Below are positions 41,279 to 58,122 of a DNA stretch of 64,000 nucleotides, piece by piece. The notes under the pieces are model-generated. The model had not been told where the DNA came from. It ran no database searches and saw only the letters and a list, made by a program, of their open reading frames with translations. The translations under genes were made by a program, and so were the position numbers. Location: contig CM022666.1 in assembly GCA_012295275.1 (NCBI GenBank), positions 1,922,001 to 1,986,000 of the forward strand, written 5' to 3'. Within the stretch, counting starts at the first letter, position 1, and every line of letters begins with the position of its first letter. The stretch comes from Chrysomallon squamiferum. Taxonomy: Eukaryota > Animalia > Mollusca.

Positions 41279-42511
41279 TATTATTATTATTATTATTATA
41301 TTTATTTCGTCTTTCTTTCTCCCTCCTCTTTTTTTCTCTGTCTTTTTTTTTCTATCTCTTTCTCTCTCTCTCTCGCTTTCGCCTTTAAATCAGTATTTAA
41401 ATATTATTTGCACGTTAACAATCGATCATGCAGTTTTTCTACACTGATACTAGATACCATTAAAATACATGAATTTTTTTTTTTTTTTTTTTTTTTTTTT
41501 CGTTTTTTAAATCAAGACAGTGCATTGATTACTCTAGAATCAAAATATCGGCGTTGAAAACTTTAAATATAAACTTAATTTGACCACACCCACTGTTATG
41601 GCCCATACACATGTTTCCTTTGCACCCACCATTATTCCTTTTTGAATTATCAATGACGTTTAATTCTCTCAGCTCCCTTTTTCGATATCCTTTAATTTGC
41701 TGTTTGCGCACGTCTGTTTTCTAAGAAAACGCGCCAAAACGTCTTGTCCATTTCGTCAAAAAGCTAGCGAGCATGCGCTGTGCCTAATCAGCCATATTAG
41801 TTGTTTGCAAAACTTGGCGAATGGATTAGTAGTTAAATCTATTACATTCCTGTTGCTAGCTCTTTTTTTTCTTCGTCTTTTCTTTTTTTTTTTTTTTTTT
41901 TTTTTTTGTTTTGTTTTGTTTCTTTTCTTCTTTTTTTTTTTTCCCCCCCACCGGCAACTGATTATTGCGAAATTTACATCGCTGGCAGATACCGCCATTG
42001 TTGTAATGTGGTTGTTTTTACTGCAGCGTCATTGATTTCATACATGTAAATGATTTATTTATGTAAATCACGTTTGTGAAGGTTGCAGGCTTCCTGAACA
42101 ATATGGATGCTGAAGTGTACAAAAAAAGAAAGAAAACTGAACATACGTATTGTTTTGGAGTTATTTTATTTTATTTTTTATTTTTAATTTTTTTATTTTT
42201 TTTTTTTTTTATTATTTTATTTTCGTTTATTTTATTTTTATATTATATATTTTTATTTTTATATTTTACTTTTTTAATTTTATTTTTAATTTTTTTTTTT
42301 ATTATTTTTTTTTATTATTTTATTATATATATATTATTTTTTATTATTATTTTTTTTTTTTTTTTTTTTTTATTTGACGACACTTTTTTTTTATTATTAT
42401 GGTTTTATTATTATTATTTGTATTTATTTATTTACAAATTTATAACCAGTAAGAAAATCTAGATAAGAATAATAACCAATAACTCTCTATTTCTCTTTCT
42501 ACAAGTACACA

Positions 42512-42573
<62 letters not shown>

Positions 42574-42760
42574 AATAACTGTCTATATCTGTCTTCCTCT
42601 CTTTCATTTCTTTATTCTCCATTCCATTCTGTCTCTCCATACATGTACCTATTGAGTATGTATGTGTGTGTGTGTGTATGTATATATTTACTTTTGTGTA
42701 TATGTATGTATCTATTTTTGTCTGTAGTGTCTCTTTAGCTAGATTTCTAACTCGCCTTCC

Positions 42761-42845
<85 letters not shown>

Positions 42846-43856
42846 ATTCTCTCTCCCCTCATATTAGCCCTCTCTTTCTCTCTTTCTTTGTGTCTGTCTA
42901 ACCTTTTATCTGCAGATCTTAGAAATTAGAGAAATCGTTAACTAAATTATTTAAACAGACATTATTTTCCTTAAGCGCCTGTTGGTTTGTATGGGGAAAA
43001 AAAAAAATCATGCTCGGATGAGTTTTAGCTGGTAACCATCGGTTATAAATAAACCTAAACCGTTTCCGTTTAATAAACGGTTCGTGACGATATTTTTGTC
43101 TCGCCGCGAAAGCTTTCATCAAACGACACCAAAAGACGGCAATAGTTTTTTTATTTTTTTTCCCGCCATAATCTCTAGCCGGCAGACGATCCGGGGCGTT
43201 GGCTGGATGCTTTCGTGTGACTACCGAACGATCGCGAGCTTTTCTATTACTCCTGTCTTTTCTCAATTTCCTTTGATCGCTCAACACAAATGTGAACATA
43301 TATAACGACAGGATTGTATTTAATCTGATTATTAATGACCAATTTGTGTTCATCTTTCTCTCGCACGCCAACCTGTCGGATAAAATGCCATTACTCCGCC
43401 AGCCAGAACGAGTCCACGGATACCGAACGCTCGCGCTACAGCCTGGTCAGGGGAGGTCACTCTTATCGTCGGCCGACCACCGAAAGGAATGGCTGTGTAA
43501 CTTGGAATCGGTCGCGAGTTTTCTTTGATTAACGAGTCATAGATGAGATGTATGCAAGAGAAATGGTTTGAACTCTCGCCATTAATTATCGCTGTATGAC
43601 AGAAAATACTAATGGAAAAAGAATTGCCTTTTCCTCCGACGAAATGGAGTTGTTATTTTATAACGGACTTGTTCGATATTACTTGACTATACATCAACTG
43701 TCTTCCAGGAACATCTCATTTACTGGTGTGTTTTTTCTTGTTCCTTCTTCTTGCTTTAGATCGTTCTGTTTTATTTCAGACTGCACGGAATTCTGTTCCT
43801 ACTGCGTCGCTTACTGCTAGTCCGACAACTTCTATTCTACTAGTACCACCACCACC

Positions 43857-43891
<35 letters not shown>

Positions 43892-44033
43892 CACTACTAC
43901 TACTGCTACTACTGCAGCTGCTGTTTCAGCTTTACCATTACAAACTACTAATACCACACTGCTATTATTGCTAATATTAATATTCGTGTCTTTATAACAA
44001 GAACTACTACTATAGCTTCATCGATATTATACT

Positions 44034-44136
<103 letters not shown>

Positions 44137-44730
44137 CAAAGAGATAAAGATGAATGGATGTTTTTGAGCAATGTACTGGAATTAGATGAAAATAAATGAC
44201 ATGATAATTATTTAGTGTTTCGTTTAAAACCAAATATCCATATAATTGTGATTAAGAGCAACATAATACAGAACATTTCTTTCTTTTTCTTTAACACAAT
44301 AACACGAAATAAAAATGATCTTGCTCTTTGTTCAACACAACCTAACCAAAGTCCTCTAATACCCTTCCGCTGTACAATCTTTTCAAACACTTTGAAACAC
44401 CAAGAAAAAGAAAAAGAAAAAAAAAAAAAAAACACAACTTTCGTTTGACTGATAAATAAAGACATCACACCAACATGCCAGCATCCCTTTACCTCAACCC
44501 AGCAGGGCGTGAAAGCGGATCAAAGGCCGCCCATCACAATCACACACCTGAGTGACTTTAAATGGGCCGGAGCAAATCTCGATTTTTCACCCATTGTTTG
44601 TGCGTGTGATTTTCAGCCGATATAAAACTCGTGGACCGTTCAGCGTAAGTCGATAGCTCTACCAAGTCCGGGGTTTAATACGCATAAATAAAAACACCGT
44701 TAGGGTAGTCAGCTTTAACAGGCACAAATA

Positions 44731-45300
<570 letters not shown>

Positions 45301-45400
45301 TTTCTCTTTATCTCTCCTCGAGGTTTTTTTTATGCTGTGATGGCAAGTTCAGAAGAAATTGTTTTTACAAGCTAAGTTACTAGGAGAGAGAGAGAGAGAG

Positions 45401-45570
45401 GAAGAAAGAAATTATTTATTTAACGACACACCCAAAGCAGTTTTTAATTAAGGATAAAGGTTTTATAGTGGCGTGTCTAGGTAAAGATCACAACGAACGA
45501 GGAAACCAAATGAAATTATCGTTGTTGTTTTTTTTCAGATTAGAAGCGAAAACTTGTTTAAATGTATTTT
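45401..45570. mobile_element. Possible decayed SINE fragment
   Basis: gaaagaaattatttatttaacgacacaccc...aggaaacc...gattagaagc resembles, from memory, an abundant gastropod SINE end; not verified. Confidence 0.25.
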
Positions 45571-45791
45571 AATATAGTCCAAAAAAGTACAAACGATTTG
45601 GTTTCTCAGTTACGTTTGAAACCTTTTTTAAAACGTGTATTTAAATTCGTTTTTTGTGCAAAACTGCACTAAGAGATATTGGCGGAAAGAGAGAAAGAGA
45701 AAGACGTAAAGAAAGAGAGACGTACAGATAAAGGGACAGACTGACATATAGTAAAATAATAACCAAAAAAGAACACTTGGCGATTTGATCC

Positions 45792-45852
<61 letters not shown>

Positions 45853-46557
45853 TGATGATGATGATGAGGAGGAGGAGGGAGGAGGAGGAGGAGGGATTAT
45901 GTTGATCATACATAATAATAATAATAAAAATAATAAATAATAATAATAATAAACAAACAAATAAATGATCATAATAATAATAATAAATACTACTATTAAT
46001 AATAATAATATTAATAATAATAATTATAATAAATAACAATAATAAATAAATAAATAAAATCAATAATAAAACAAAAAATTTAAATTTAAAATTAGCTCAG
46101 CGAGAGAAACTCACAGAACAAAGCAGAATCGTTATTATAAACCAGAAACAGTTTCCAGTTTTATGACTTTCGAAAAAATTAGATTAGATGCAAGAGCAAG
46201 CAGAAAATAAAAAGAAAATTGATAACTTTGGGCTAACAGTATCCATGAAATGGAGCTTCCAGATTTAGACACAAGTTACGTCTGACTAAATAAATTATTA
46301 TCCCTCACTAGCCCCAGGTTTCCTTTTTTTCCACACAAAACTGTCTACATTCAGATATGGGAAAATAATAATCATACGACTGACCAAAATTTGACATCAC
46401 TGATAGTGCAGATGTTTTGATGGTTTTTAGTATGTATGCACTTATATATGTATGAATATACTTATATAAATGTATATGTTTACATACAAACATACGTACA
46501 TTTATACGTTTATACATGCATACATACATTTATATGGCAACATGATTAGTCAAAATG

Positions 46558-46595
<38 letters not shown>

Positions 46596-47127
46596 CTTCA
46601 CTCACATACACATGTACAGAAGTACATTATTATTATTATTATCATTATCATCATCATCATCATCATTATTAATGATAACAACAACAATAACAAATACAAT
46701 AATAATAACAACTACAATAATAAATATAATAATAGTGATAATATCAACAAAAACAATAACAACAGCAACAACAACAACAACAACAACAATAATAATAATA
46801 ATAATAATAATAAAATAAATATACAGAGAAATGATAGGATGATTCGAAGAACAGTTGATCTGTGGGAACCAAAAAAAAACAACAAAACTTAACATGTACT
46901 TTTGAGTGGTAAAATAATGCTAAAATCAAGATTATCTCTAAAATACATAAACAAAATAATAATAACAATAATAACAAATGGAAAGAAAATATATTTTAAA
47001 AAAAAAAGATACATATTGTCAAAAGCAAAACAATGTTTACTTCTCTATTCAACGCATTAAAAAAAAAAAAAAAAAAAATATATTTTTTTTACTTTTTTCA
47101 AAAAAGAAATCTTTTCAAAAGATGTTT

Positions 47128-47568
47128 GCGCGCGCGCACTCAAACGGACGACAGGAAACGCCTTTCGAGCTTTCCAGAAACACCGGAAGTTCCTCGCGAG
47201 ATTTCCTAACCGAGCGGAAGCTGGAGACGCGATGCAGTGAAAGGCGGTAAAAAGAAAGTCAGTGTGCTGGGACCATTGTCGGTTGTGAGGCTACGCTGGC
47301 AGGGCGTTAGATAATGAGACTAATGAATGACACCCGGCCGACTTCAAACTCTCATCGAGTCATCAAGAAAATGAAACGTCAAAGCTGAACGCTAGCATTG
47401 ATTAAGCGATGATAAAAACGCGGAGCTCGTTTGGCCACGGAGGAAAATAAGTACCATATTTTTTTTCTTTTTTTCTTTTTTTTCTTTCTTTCTATCGAAG
47501 TGATCGAAGTGTTGGATTCTACTTGGTTGCTTTAAAGCGTACTCCGGAGTCCGCGTTGCCATGGAAAT
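47128..47568. promoter_or_regulatory. CpG-rich motif cluster: ETS ACCGGAAGT (47182), CCTCGCGAGA (47192), RFX X-box-like GTTGCCATGGAAAT (47555)
   Basis: Direct motif matches. Confidence 0.4.
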
Positions 47569-47859
47569 CGGTTCCTATCGTTCAAAGAGCAAGTCAGGCT
47601 TAAAAAAAAAAAAAAAAAAAAAAGTAAAAATTTAGATGAATTCGGATTCAAAAACATAATACGACCGTGGCAATTTTTTTTTTTTTTTTTTTTTTTCTGG
47701 ATTCATTATCGAGCTTGGCCATAAGGGACATGTCGGTTTTTGATTTCGTCAGTTTTTTTTTTTTTTTTTTTTTTGATTTGTTTAATTTTGTAAGTCATGC
47801 TTGGAAGGTGTGTTTTGGGATGATGATAATGATAGTAGTATTATTGTTATTGTTGGTAC

Positions 47860-47890
<31 letters not shown>

Positions 47891-50143
47891 ACTGTTTAAT
47901 AATAATGATAATAATAATAATAATACATACATACATGATCTCATAACGTTGTTTGAATATGACAACAGCAATAATAACGCTAACAGTAGTAATAGCAGTA
48001 GTAGAAGTAGTAGTAGTAGTAGAAGTAGTTGTAATAGTAGTAATTTTAGTTGCAGTTATAGTAGTAGTTGTAGTAGTAGTTACAGTAATAGCATTATTGG
48101 TAGAGGTAGTTGTTGTAGTGGTAATTGTAGCAGTAGAAGTGGTAATTTATTTTCTCTGTGTTACTGTATAATAATAACATCAAGCAACAAGAAAACAAAT
48201 GATGTTGGCTATGATGATAGTTATCTAAAAGAATTTGAATTATTTCTTATTAAAATCTGCTTCCTTATTAAATTTTATTTTATCTTATTTATTTCTGTGT
48301 CATTTTATGTCGTTTTATTTGATTTGATTTTATTTCCAATAAATTATTACTTATTTATTAATATTTTTAAATTCCGTTAATGGAAAAGTCATGTTCATAA
48401 CGTAAAAAACAATAGACGACTGATTAAATTATGTTTTCATCTTAAACCAACATTAGACCTTTTGCGAAGTAATAATAGACTTTCAAATAAACACAAAAAA
48501 AAAAAAAAAAAAAAAAAAAAAGAAAAGAAAGAAGAACAAGATAAGAGTGATATAGTCAAAAAAAATATATCAAAAGAAAATGCTTTCAATAACCATAAAT
48601 TTAAAAAAATAAAAAAAAAAAAAAAAAAAACAACTATATTATTATCTGGCAGAGAATAACGTCTCTTTCGTAATTTCTAACTTAGTCGTGTAGAACATCG
48701 TATTCTCGTGAATGGGGGTCACACACACCACACAAATAAAAATCCGCGTGTAAATCATATCTATCGCCATATAACGTTCTAAGTGAAGCCAAATCTATTT
48801 CATTATGGAGTTGTTACGGCTGCCGGGACCAGACACCTACTCCTCGTTCTGTGGCCTCCTTTCAAATTTGCCTCCGATTTATAGCCGCTTTATTAATGGC
48901 GTTTTCGAGAAACTTGCCAAAATTGAATCGGCCTGACGCTAATGCTTTCTTTACGACGAGTTACTGGGCATTTTTCTTCTAAAACAACGCAGCGTCGTAT
49001 AATGGGATCCATTCTCTTCATTCGAATATCCAATAACTCGATTAAGCCCTGTGTGCTGTGCCTTGTTTTTTCACGCGGGTTGGTATGACGGTCTTTTATT
49101 GTTGCCGGACCATCGACTGTGATATGGCATGCTAATGGTGCCGCAAAGGAGATGAAAATTAGGTTCAGAAAATACCCAAAAATTTGTTTAGGTGTGTAGT
49201 CACACAGGTTGTTTTTTTTTGGGGGGGGGGGATTAAATATCATTACGTGCCAAAATGTCTGTCCGAAATAACGAATTAGCGATGATACCGATAATCCAGC
49301 GTAATGTTTCTTTGCTTTTATCGCTAATGTTCTTTTTCGTCCTAATGTAGCGTCATTTACAATTTCATTATCGTGAAAGATATGTTAATATAAAGACGTC
49401 AAAGAAATGTGGGATTGTCGTGTTTTCGTCTTTGTCTAGTTTTGTTTTAGTTATTTATCTGTATGTTAGATGTAGTATATAGTTTATGTAATGAAGTTTC
49501 ATACAGCGATATATGCTCATACAGATAGACAGACAACATTCATAACGACGGATAAACAAACACACACACTCTCAAACGTCTTATAATCACGTATATATAT
49601 ATATAAATACATTCGTGCACACATATGAACAAATAGACGCATACACATATGTATGCATTCACAAAATACATACATACAGACAGACAGAAAGGAACACACA
49701 TACATACATACATACATACATACATACATACATACATAATTATATATATACATGCATAGTATTACATACATACATACATATATAAACATGTTTTTCTCGG
49801 TGTATGCATAAACAATTTCAAAACTATGCTTTATCTTTAAAATGATTTCCCTACTGTAGTGAAGCACATCGGATAGACAGACGCACACGATCCTACCTAA
49901 CTATCTACCTAACCACCTACATACATACATACATATATACATATTAAGAAAAAAAAAGAAAATAGAAAAAAAAAAAAAAAATACCGATAAGAAATACAAA
50001 CAGAGAACAATAGCGAAATAAAACCCAGATGTTATTGGAGTTTTTAATCTGGCTTCAGAAAGCAACACGTGTTTCGAGTTACACAAACTGTTAGAGAGCG
50101 TGACGGCACAAAAACGGCTAGAGTCTTTTTTCTCTATTCATTC

Positions 50144-50210
50144 AGTCACGTGACTAATTATCTCGCGACACGAGTTTGAAAACGTAGACTGCTCGCGACC
50201 CGGAAGTGGC
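50144..50210. promoter_or_regulatory. Motif cluster: AGTCACGTGACT (CLEAR/USF E-box), two TCGCGA cores, ETS CCGGAAGTG
   Basis: Direct motif matches within 67 bp. Confidence 0.45.
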
Positions 50211-50432
50211 GCTGCGAGAGAAAACGTTAATACAAAGAGCGTGCAGAAACAGTGCATCCCCTTTCAGCGGCGAGATAGTTTTGTTAATAACAATCGCGCT
50301 AAAACACCTGTTACTGAGAGATAGCTGTAGCTTTTGTGATAGTAACGGTGTTAAGAAAATTACTTTATTTACGGCGGCGGTTTTGTTGATTGTGTATGTA
50401 TGTTTTCTAATAACGGCAACGGTTGAATTTGC

Positions 50433-50860
<428 letters not shown>

Positions 50861-51501
50861 AGCAGCAGCAGCAACATCTGCTGTATTTTTCCTAATAATT
50901 GTATTTTATTAATTGTGTTTTTCTTACTAAGAACACCGGCTGTTTTCGGATATTCATTATTTTGCCATATTTTTGCTAATGTCTGTTATAATTGTTTTCC
51001 TGTTTGCCGTATTCTTTTCATAATGATATGATTATATTTTAGCGTAAGTTAATCATGTACAGTATTATATCCTAATAACGAGTGTGATTGTGTTTTGGCA
51101 TCTTAGCTTTGATAACCGAAATTACATATCGTGTAAGTATAGATTGTTGTAATTACTAATTATACGTTTATCAACACAGTATTGTGTTACCAATGTCAAG
51201 ACTCTGAAAACAAATTGGCTTGTGAAATATGAACGTTTCTGTTTTTAAGGAAACAACAGAAGAAATTTGAGCGAATTTGTCGGTTTAAAAGAAAGTAAAT
51301 TCGAAAATAGATATATATTTATGCATATATGTGTTTGTGCGTATATATATACACAGATAGAGACACACATACACATACATGGATATATACATATAAACAC
51401 ACACACACACCTATACATACGTTATTATATACAAACAATTTAATTTCATTTTACTTTTTTTCGTTCTTAGAAGGTAAACAAGAAAGGTTTTCTCTCTTCT
51501 T

Positions 51502-51593
<92 letters not shown>

Positions 51594-51882
51594 TTTTTTT
51601 TTTTTTTTTTTTTTCTATGTTCATTTTTAAATGTTTCAAATGAATGGTTCCAGAAAGGAAGTGTATGCAAAAAGCGGTTGAAATAAAAGACAATGAAACA
51701 AAATCCATTTCAACACAGAATATTTGCACTGACAAAAATCTATACAGACAAAATCCATATATTGATACAAGTACAGTAAAATGCTGAACCTTCTACAGTA
51801 ATCTGATGTAGATATAGATAAATAAAACAAAGAAAAATGAATGGTTGGTTTGGTGAAATAGATAAACTGATCCCGGACATAG

Positions 51883-51935
<53 letters not shown>

Positions 51936-53201
51936 CAAACTAAAGAATGAAAAGAATGGTAAAAGAAATTTATATATTCATTTCTGTCTCATTCACACAC
52001 AAGAAAGTTCACATAAAGCTGTGTTGCCAGACACGAATTTGTTTTCTACTTGAAAAATAATTATGATACCTTCTATGTACAAAAGTCAAAATGTGATACG
52101 CAATTGTTGTTTGAAATGGTGGGGGAAAAAAATATCAATATTAAATTACGTCTTTTGGAAAACTATATGCAATAGAAAATAATTAATATCTATTTTAGAA
52201 CGAAACCTACAAGTGTCTCTCACCCAAAGGCGATATTTATCTCTATATATAAAACAAAATTCAAAAAAATATAAAAAATAAAAAAAAAAAAAAAAAAAAC
52301 GAAGAAAGAAAAAGAAAACGAAGAAAGAAAAAGAAACCGAAGAAGAAGAAACGAGAACAACGCTTTCGAGAAAGCAGACATTTTTTTTTTTTTTTTTTGT
52401 TGCTCACGGCCCTCGTTTCTGTGATCACATGATTGCACAGCACGCGCTCGCAAAGAGTATATGTGTCTGTCAGTCCGGCAGCCGTCAATTTAATGAAAAG
52501 ACCGTTCCCGCCGACCCGCTGGAAGACTCCGTCATTGTGTTAGCGCGCGCACTCATCTGCCATTATTTAGTCCTCGAAGCGGAGAGTCCCCACTTCTGGT
52601 CCGATCAAGACATTCAACGCATCAGCGTAATGGGCCAAACGAGATCGTTTTTGTTCCGCAATCAGCGCAAAGGGGGGGGGGGGAGAGCTGTTGACCGTTT
52701 TCAGAGATGAAGATCTCGCTGAAGACGTGAAAAGAAAAACGTGATGAATGGAAGAACGACAAGGGTTGTGTGAAATGACGGGGCTGGTTTTTGGGGGGGG
52801 GGGGCGATGAATTTGAAGGCGTTGTAACGCAAGTGCTTTTTGGTAGTTTTCAGTTGCTGTTATGTTGTCATTGATGGTTGCTACCGTGTTCGAAAGAAAA
52901 TTTGAAAAAAATAATAATATAAAATAGTAAGTAATGGTTGTTCCTGGTGGGGATTGATGTTGAAGGGTGTTTAAAATGGGAGGATTTTCCTGATTATTTT
53001 GATTGTTTTGTTAATGTGTGTTTGTGTCGGTGTAAATATGTGTGTACGTGTGTGTATATATATCTATATATTTCTGTGTGGATAAATATATATGTGTGTG
53101 TGTGTTTCTGTATCTGTGTCTGTTTGTGTATCAGTATATATATAATATACACATACACAAACACACATATTTCATTTTATTTATTTATTTATTTATTATT
53201 A

Positions 53202-53261
<60 letters not shown>

Positions 53262-55042
53262 TATTACTAGTACTACTACTATTACTATTATTTATTTATA
53301 TATTTATTTATTTATTTACTTGGTTACTTACTTATTTATTTTTAGCAGTCAAAGTGTATATTATCTGCCATCGTTTGTTCACCTATTTTCGTATATATTT
53401 TGCCGTTATCAACATCAGCATCTCAGTTATCTATAAAGACGACACCATTGTCTTCGTTATGATCGCCACAGTTGTGCTAACTGCACCATTACCGTTGTTA
53501 TCTCAAAACATAATTACAGCATTCGTTTTACAGTTTCTTTTAATCACTGCCATTATTTATATTTACGATTTCACGACGTCATCATCAGCGTGAAGGCCCG
53601 TCTTCATCAACGTCGTTACGTCTACAGATTTAGAATTTTTGTAATGAAAGTGATTAAATCACTGCTGCTGATCATCTGGTGAATCAAAAAACGTTTTATA
53701 TATTTATTATAGGCTTCCAATCTTTACTAACAATAAAGTGTGATGAGACAACAATAAGTACAAGATGTGGATTTTTTTTTTTTTTTCCTGATATCATCTT
53801 TGGGAAAATAATTCACTTTCTTTTGTTTATTTATGTTTATCAATAGTCACTGATAAAGTGTTTATATTTTTTTTTATATTTGTTTTGTGTCAACGAAATT
53901 ACGTCACAAAAGAAGGATTTTTTAATATTACTGCCAGCATTTATTATTAGCAAAAGTATGCTTCAGTTAATTAGAAGTAATAAACGTATATATAAAGAAA
54001 AACAGAATGCTGGATGAATGGATGAATGAATGGATGGATGGATGGATGAATGAAAAGATAGATGGATGAACGAATGCATATATATATACCTTCATAGTAT
54101 GACAAGTGGGGCGGATGGGTGTGTGAAATAAATTATTTATTAATAACGATGTACAAGTTAGATACTGTAAAATTAAAAGTAGATTTCCTCATGCTAAAAC
54201 CAAACAAAACGAAAATTTACCCAGCACTCGGAACCTGAAATAGCATCCACTTGTAACAGCCATGCGAGCACTCAAAACGAGGATGTTTTTAAAACGACCA
54301 ATAAAATCGATCGATGCAATGTTGCATAGGAAAAAAAACCCAACAAAGCACGAAGGTACGCCCTGCTTTATTGGCTAACACTTCAGAAAACCGCGATAGC
54401 AGTTAATTATTTCTGCTCACGTGAATTTTTTTTTTCTTTTTTTCTTTTCTCTCTCTCTCTCTCTTTTACTCTTTCTCTTCCTCCTTCGCTTTTGTTTTTC
54501 CTGAGTGTTAACAGGTGCTGGCTGATAAAGTCTAAGATTTTTTTAATTATACATTAGCCATAAATATTGGAGGTTCGATAAGTTCCTTGGTGCATTGCTG
54601 AAGAGCGTTTGCTATTGATTCGAAGGAAAGGGCGAAAATATCAGGTTAACAGCATCAGAAACGAGAAGACTATTACAGACAGAAATCACTTTGGTGTGAA
54701 ATAACTTCTGTGAAAAACTTTTGTGGTAACGTTTTGTTGTTAATTTTTGTTTCACTGTTAATTATCCCTGGAACAAAAACAACAATTTATTTTCAAAAAA
54801 TCAAAACAAACAAAAAACGAAGACATCTTTTTTGAGCGGTTTTGCTGGAATTAGGATTTGGTTCTTTCGTGTAATTGCTAATTATAGAGCAGGATGAAAA
54901 CAGAATTAGCGACTCTCTCTGTTATTAATTGATTTTAAATTACTGTAAGACCCGCTTAGCATCTTTACGTCTGTTTTCTACACAACTGATTATAAATATT
55001 TTCTTGTTTTTTTTTATTATTATTGTTAATTGTTTTATGTGT

Positions 55043-55400
<358 letters not shown>

Positions 55401-55439
55401 TGACTGATATATTACGGATTACTAACAATGTTTTAACTG

Positions 55440-55549
55440 TTATTTTACACAAAAACTACACACATTATATCCTTAACCTTTCGTCTTATTTCGTTATTTT
55501 TTACACAAAAACTACACACATCCTTAACCGTTCGTTTTTACTTCGTTAC
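55440..55549. repeat. ~57-bp tandem duplication
   Basis: TTTTACACAAAAACTACACACAT...CCTTAACC(T/G)TTCGT occurs twice. Confidence 0.85.
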
Positions 55550-56199
55550 TGAAATGCGTTATTAACATATTTAAACGTCTCCTAAATCAACACAACTGGC
55601 GAGGTGTGTTCTATGCAGCTTTGTGTTTTAATCAGATCTGGCAGCCTGCAAGCTGCTGTACGGCTGCACTGACGTTTGAATGACGTTTTATGCTGTAAAC
55701 GTTGTACTACATGCATAATGAAACACGAGAGCAGCATTCTGGATCGAATGCTGGACAATCAAGTTAACACGATATACATAATTCATGCAGATGTAACATT
55801 TGTGCGAGGAACGGAGGTTGTGTTTATGTTTATATATAAATGATGTGCTATCTTTTTTTTGTCTTTTTTTTTGTCTGACGGACAGATTGACACGACGGAC
55901 ATCTAATAAAGAGACAGCGAAAGACGGACACGGCAAAATGTGTGTGTGAGAGATTTGTACAGAGATGGAAAGAAGAAAGATTGTAAGAGAGGAATAAATG
56001 AATGAATGAAAATGAAAGAATGGATGAATAAACAATTGAAAAAAAAAAAAAGAGAAATGCGAAAGAAAAATGTGAGACGGAAGGAATGAACAATGGCAGA
56101 AGTAACGAACGAATGAATGACAATAAAGTAAAAATAAAAATATTTTTGAAAAAAAAAGATAGGAGAAAGATAGACAGAGTGAGAGAGGAGAGATGGAGA

Positions 56200-56304
<105 letters not shown>

Positions 56305-56689
56305 AAATAGATAGAGACTGAAAGAAAATAGATAAATGTAAGTATGAAATTAGAAGAAGAAAAAAAACACAATTTTACACCGAGCGTGCCCCTTTAACGA
56401 GTGCACGTAACGGGTTACATTAACGCTTAATGATCACGTGCTGAATTCACCGTCGAGGAACTGCCGAGGGCAAACGACATAGACGATTTAGATTGTTTTA
56501 ATCATGAGAAGAATTGTGTTTAATTTACACCAACAACTACGACAGCTGATCTCTGATAGCATTACTCGTTGCTGACTTGAAGGATGGGCTTAGAATAATA
56601 ATTAGATGAGTTGCCTTTGCGCCGCAAAACGTTAACCTTTTTCAGTGTTTCGATTTTAAGATTTTGTTTTATTTTATTTTTTTTTTTTG

Positions 56690-57210
56690 CTATTTTTTTA
56701 AATTTTATTTATTTATTTTTCATTTTATTTTGTTTTTTAATATTTGCTGTTCTTTTAATTTAATTTTAAGTTTTGCTGATTTTTTATTTTATTTATTTAT
56801 TTCATTTTTTCTATTTTCTTTTGATATTTATTTATTTTTTTAATTTAATTTTAAATTTTTATTGATTTTTTATTTTTTTATTTATTTCATTTTTTTATTT
56901 TCTTTTAATATTTGCTATTTTTTAATTTAATTTTAAATTTTTGTTTTTTTTTTATTTATTTATTTATTTCATTTTCTTTTCTTTTCTTTTATTTTCTTTT
57001 TGATATTTGCTATTAATTAAATTTAATTTTAAATTTTGCTGTTTTTTTATTTTATTTATTTATTTCATTTTCTTCTATTTTCTTTTAATATTTGCTATTT
57101 TTCTAATTTAATATTAAATTTTGTTATTTTTTATTTTATTTATTTATTTCATTTTCTTCTATTTTCTTTTAATATTTGCTATTTTTTTAATTTAATTTTA
57201 AATTTTATTT
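56690..57210. repeat. T-rich degenerate minisatellite, ~70-85 bp unit, about 6-7 copies
   Basis: Recurring TTTATTTATTTCATTTT...TAATATTTGCTATTTTT...AATTTAATTTTAAATTTT. Confidence 0.8.
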
Positions 57211-57511
57211 TATTGTATTGTATTGTATTTATTAGTTCGCTTATTTATTTATCTATTTAATTTACTGTCATAAATTTCTTTTTAAATTTTGAACATAAAA
57301 ATATTTTGAACATAAAAATTTAGTTCAATTTTACAGATTACTTTATACCGTATCCTTTGATATACATGTAGATATTTTGAATGTATGATGTGGCTTGTAT
57401 TTAGAAATACATTATTAGCATTACTTTTCAATATCTGTTCTAAAAGAAAGAAAGAAATAAAAAAAGAAAAAGAAAGAAAGAAAGAAAGAAAGAAAGAAAT
57501 AAAAAAAAAAA

Positions 57512-57543
<32 letters not shown>

Positions 57544-57692
57544 AAAAATAGATAAGAAATAACAACCCTATAACTCTGATTGGATTTCAAAATATCTGCA
57601 GCAAACAAAAATCTCAACGATTTTACTTCTTATGAAAAGGCGACTGAATCTCTTTAACAGATAATGAATTTGTTTCCTATTTCCTGGAAGGA

Positions 57693-57727
<35 letters not shown>

Positions 57728-58091
57728 CTTGTTTCATTTATTGCTAATTGTTGTTTTAGAGATCAGAGGAGCTTTGATAATATAAATAATAAATAAAATA
57801 ATTAAGAACGTAGCTAAAAAAAGGATTCGGGAGAAGCATTTTCATCATTTAAAACCATTTTTTTTTTCTTTTTTTTTTTTTTTTTTACACCTGTCTTTTC
57901 GTTTGCAGGATCATGTCGTTAAAAATTCATTGTTTATACCTTGTTTATAAATGAACCACTTAATTAATTCATTCATTATTAACGAGAAAATCAATGGAAA
58001 AAAAGAAGCAAATCAATCGATTCAACAATTAAAACAAACAAATGAAGAAGAGAGTACAGAGTTAGAAAAACAAATTAAAATGGAAACAGAC

Positions 58092-58122
<31 letters not shown>

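Noticed and set aside
52672-52804. Two poly-G runs as G-quadruplex elements
   Set aside because: Simple 12-13 nt homopolymers, common in this window and of uncertain length in assemblies
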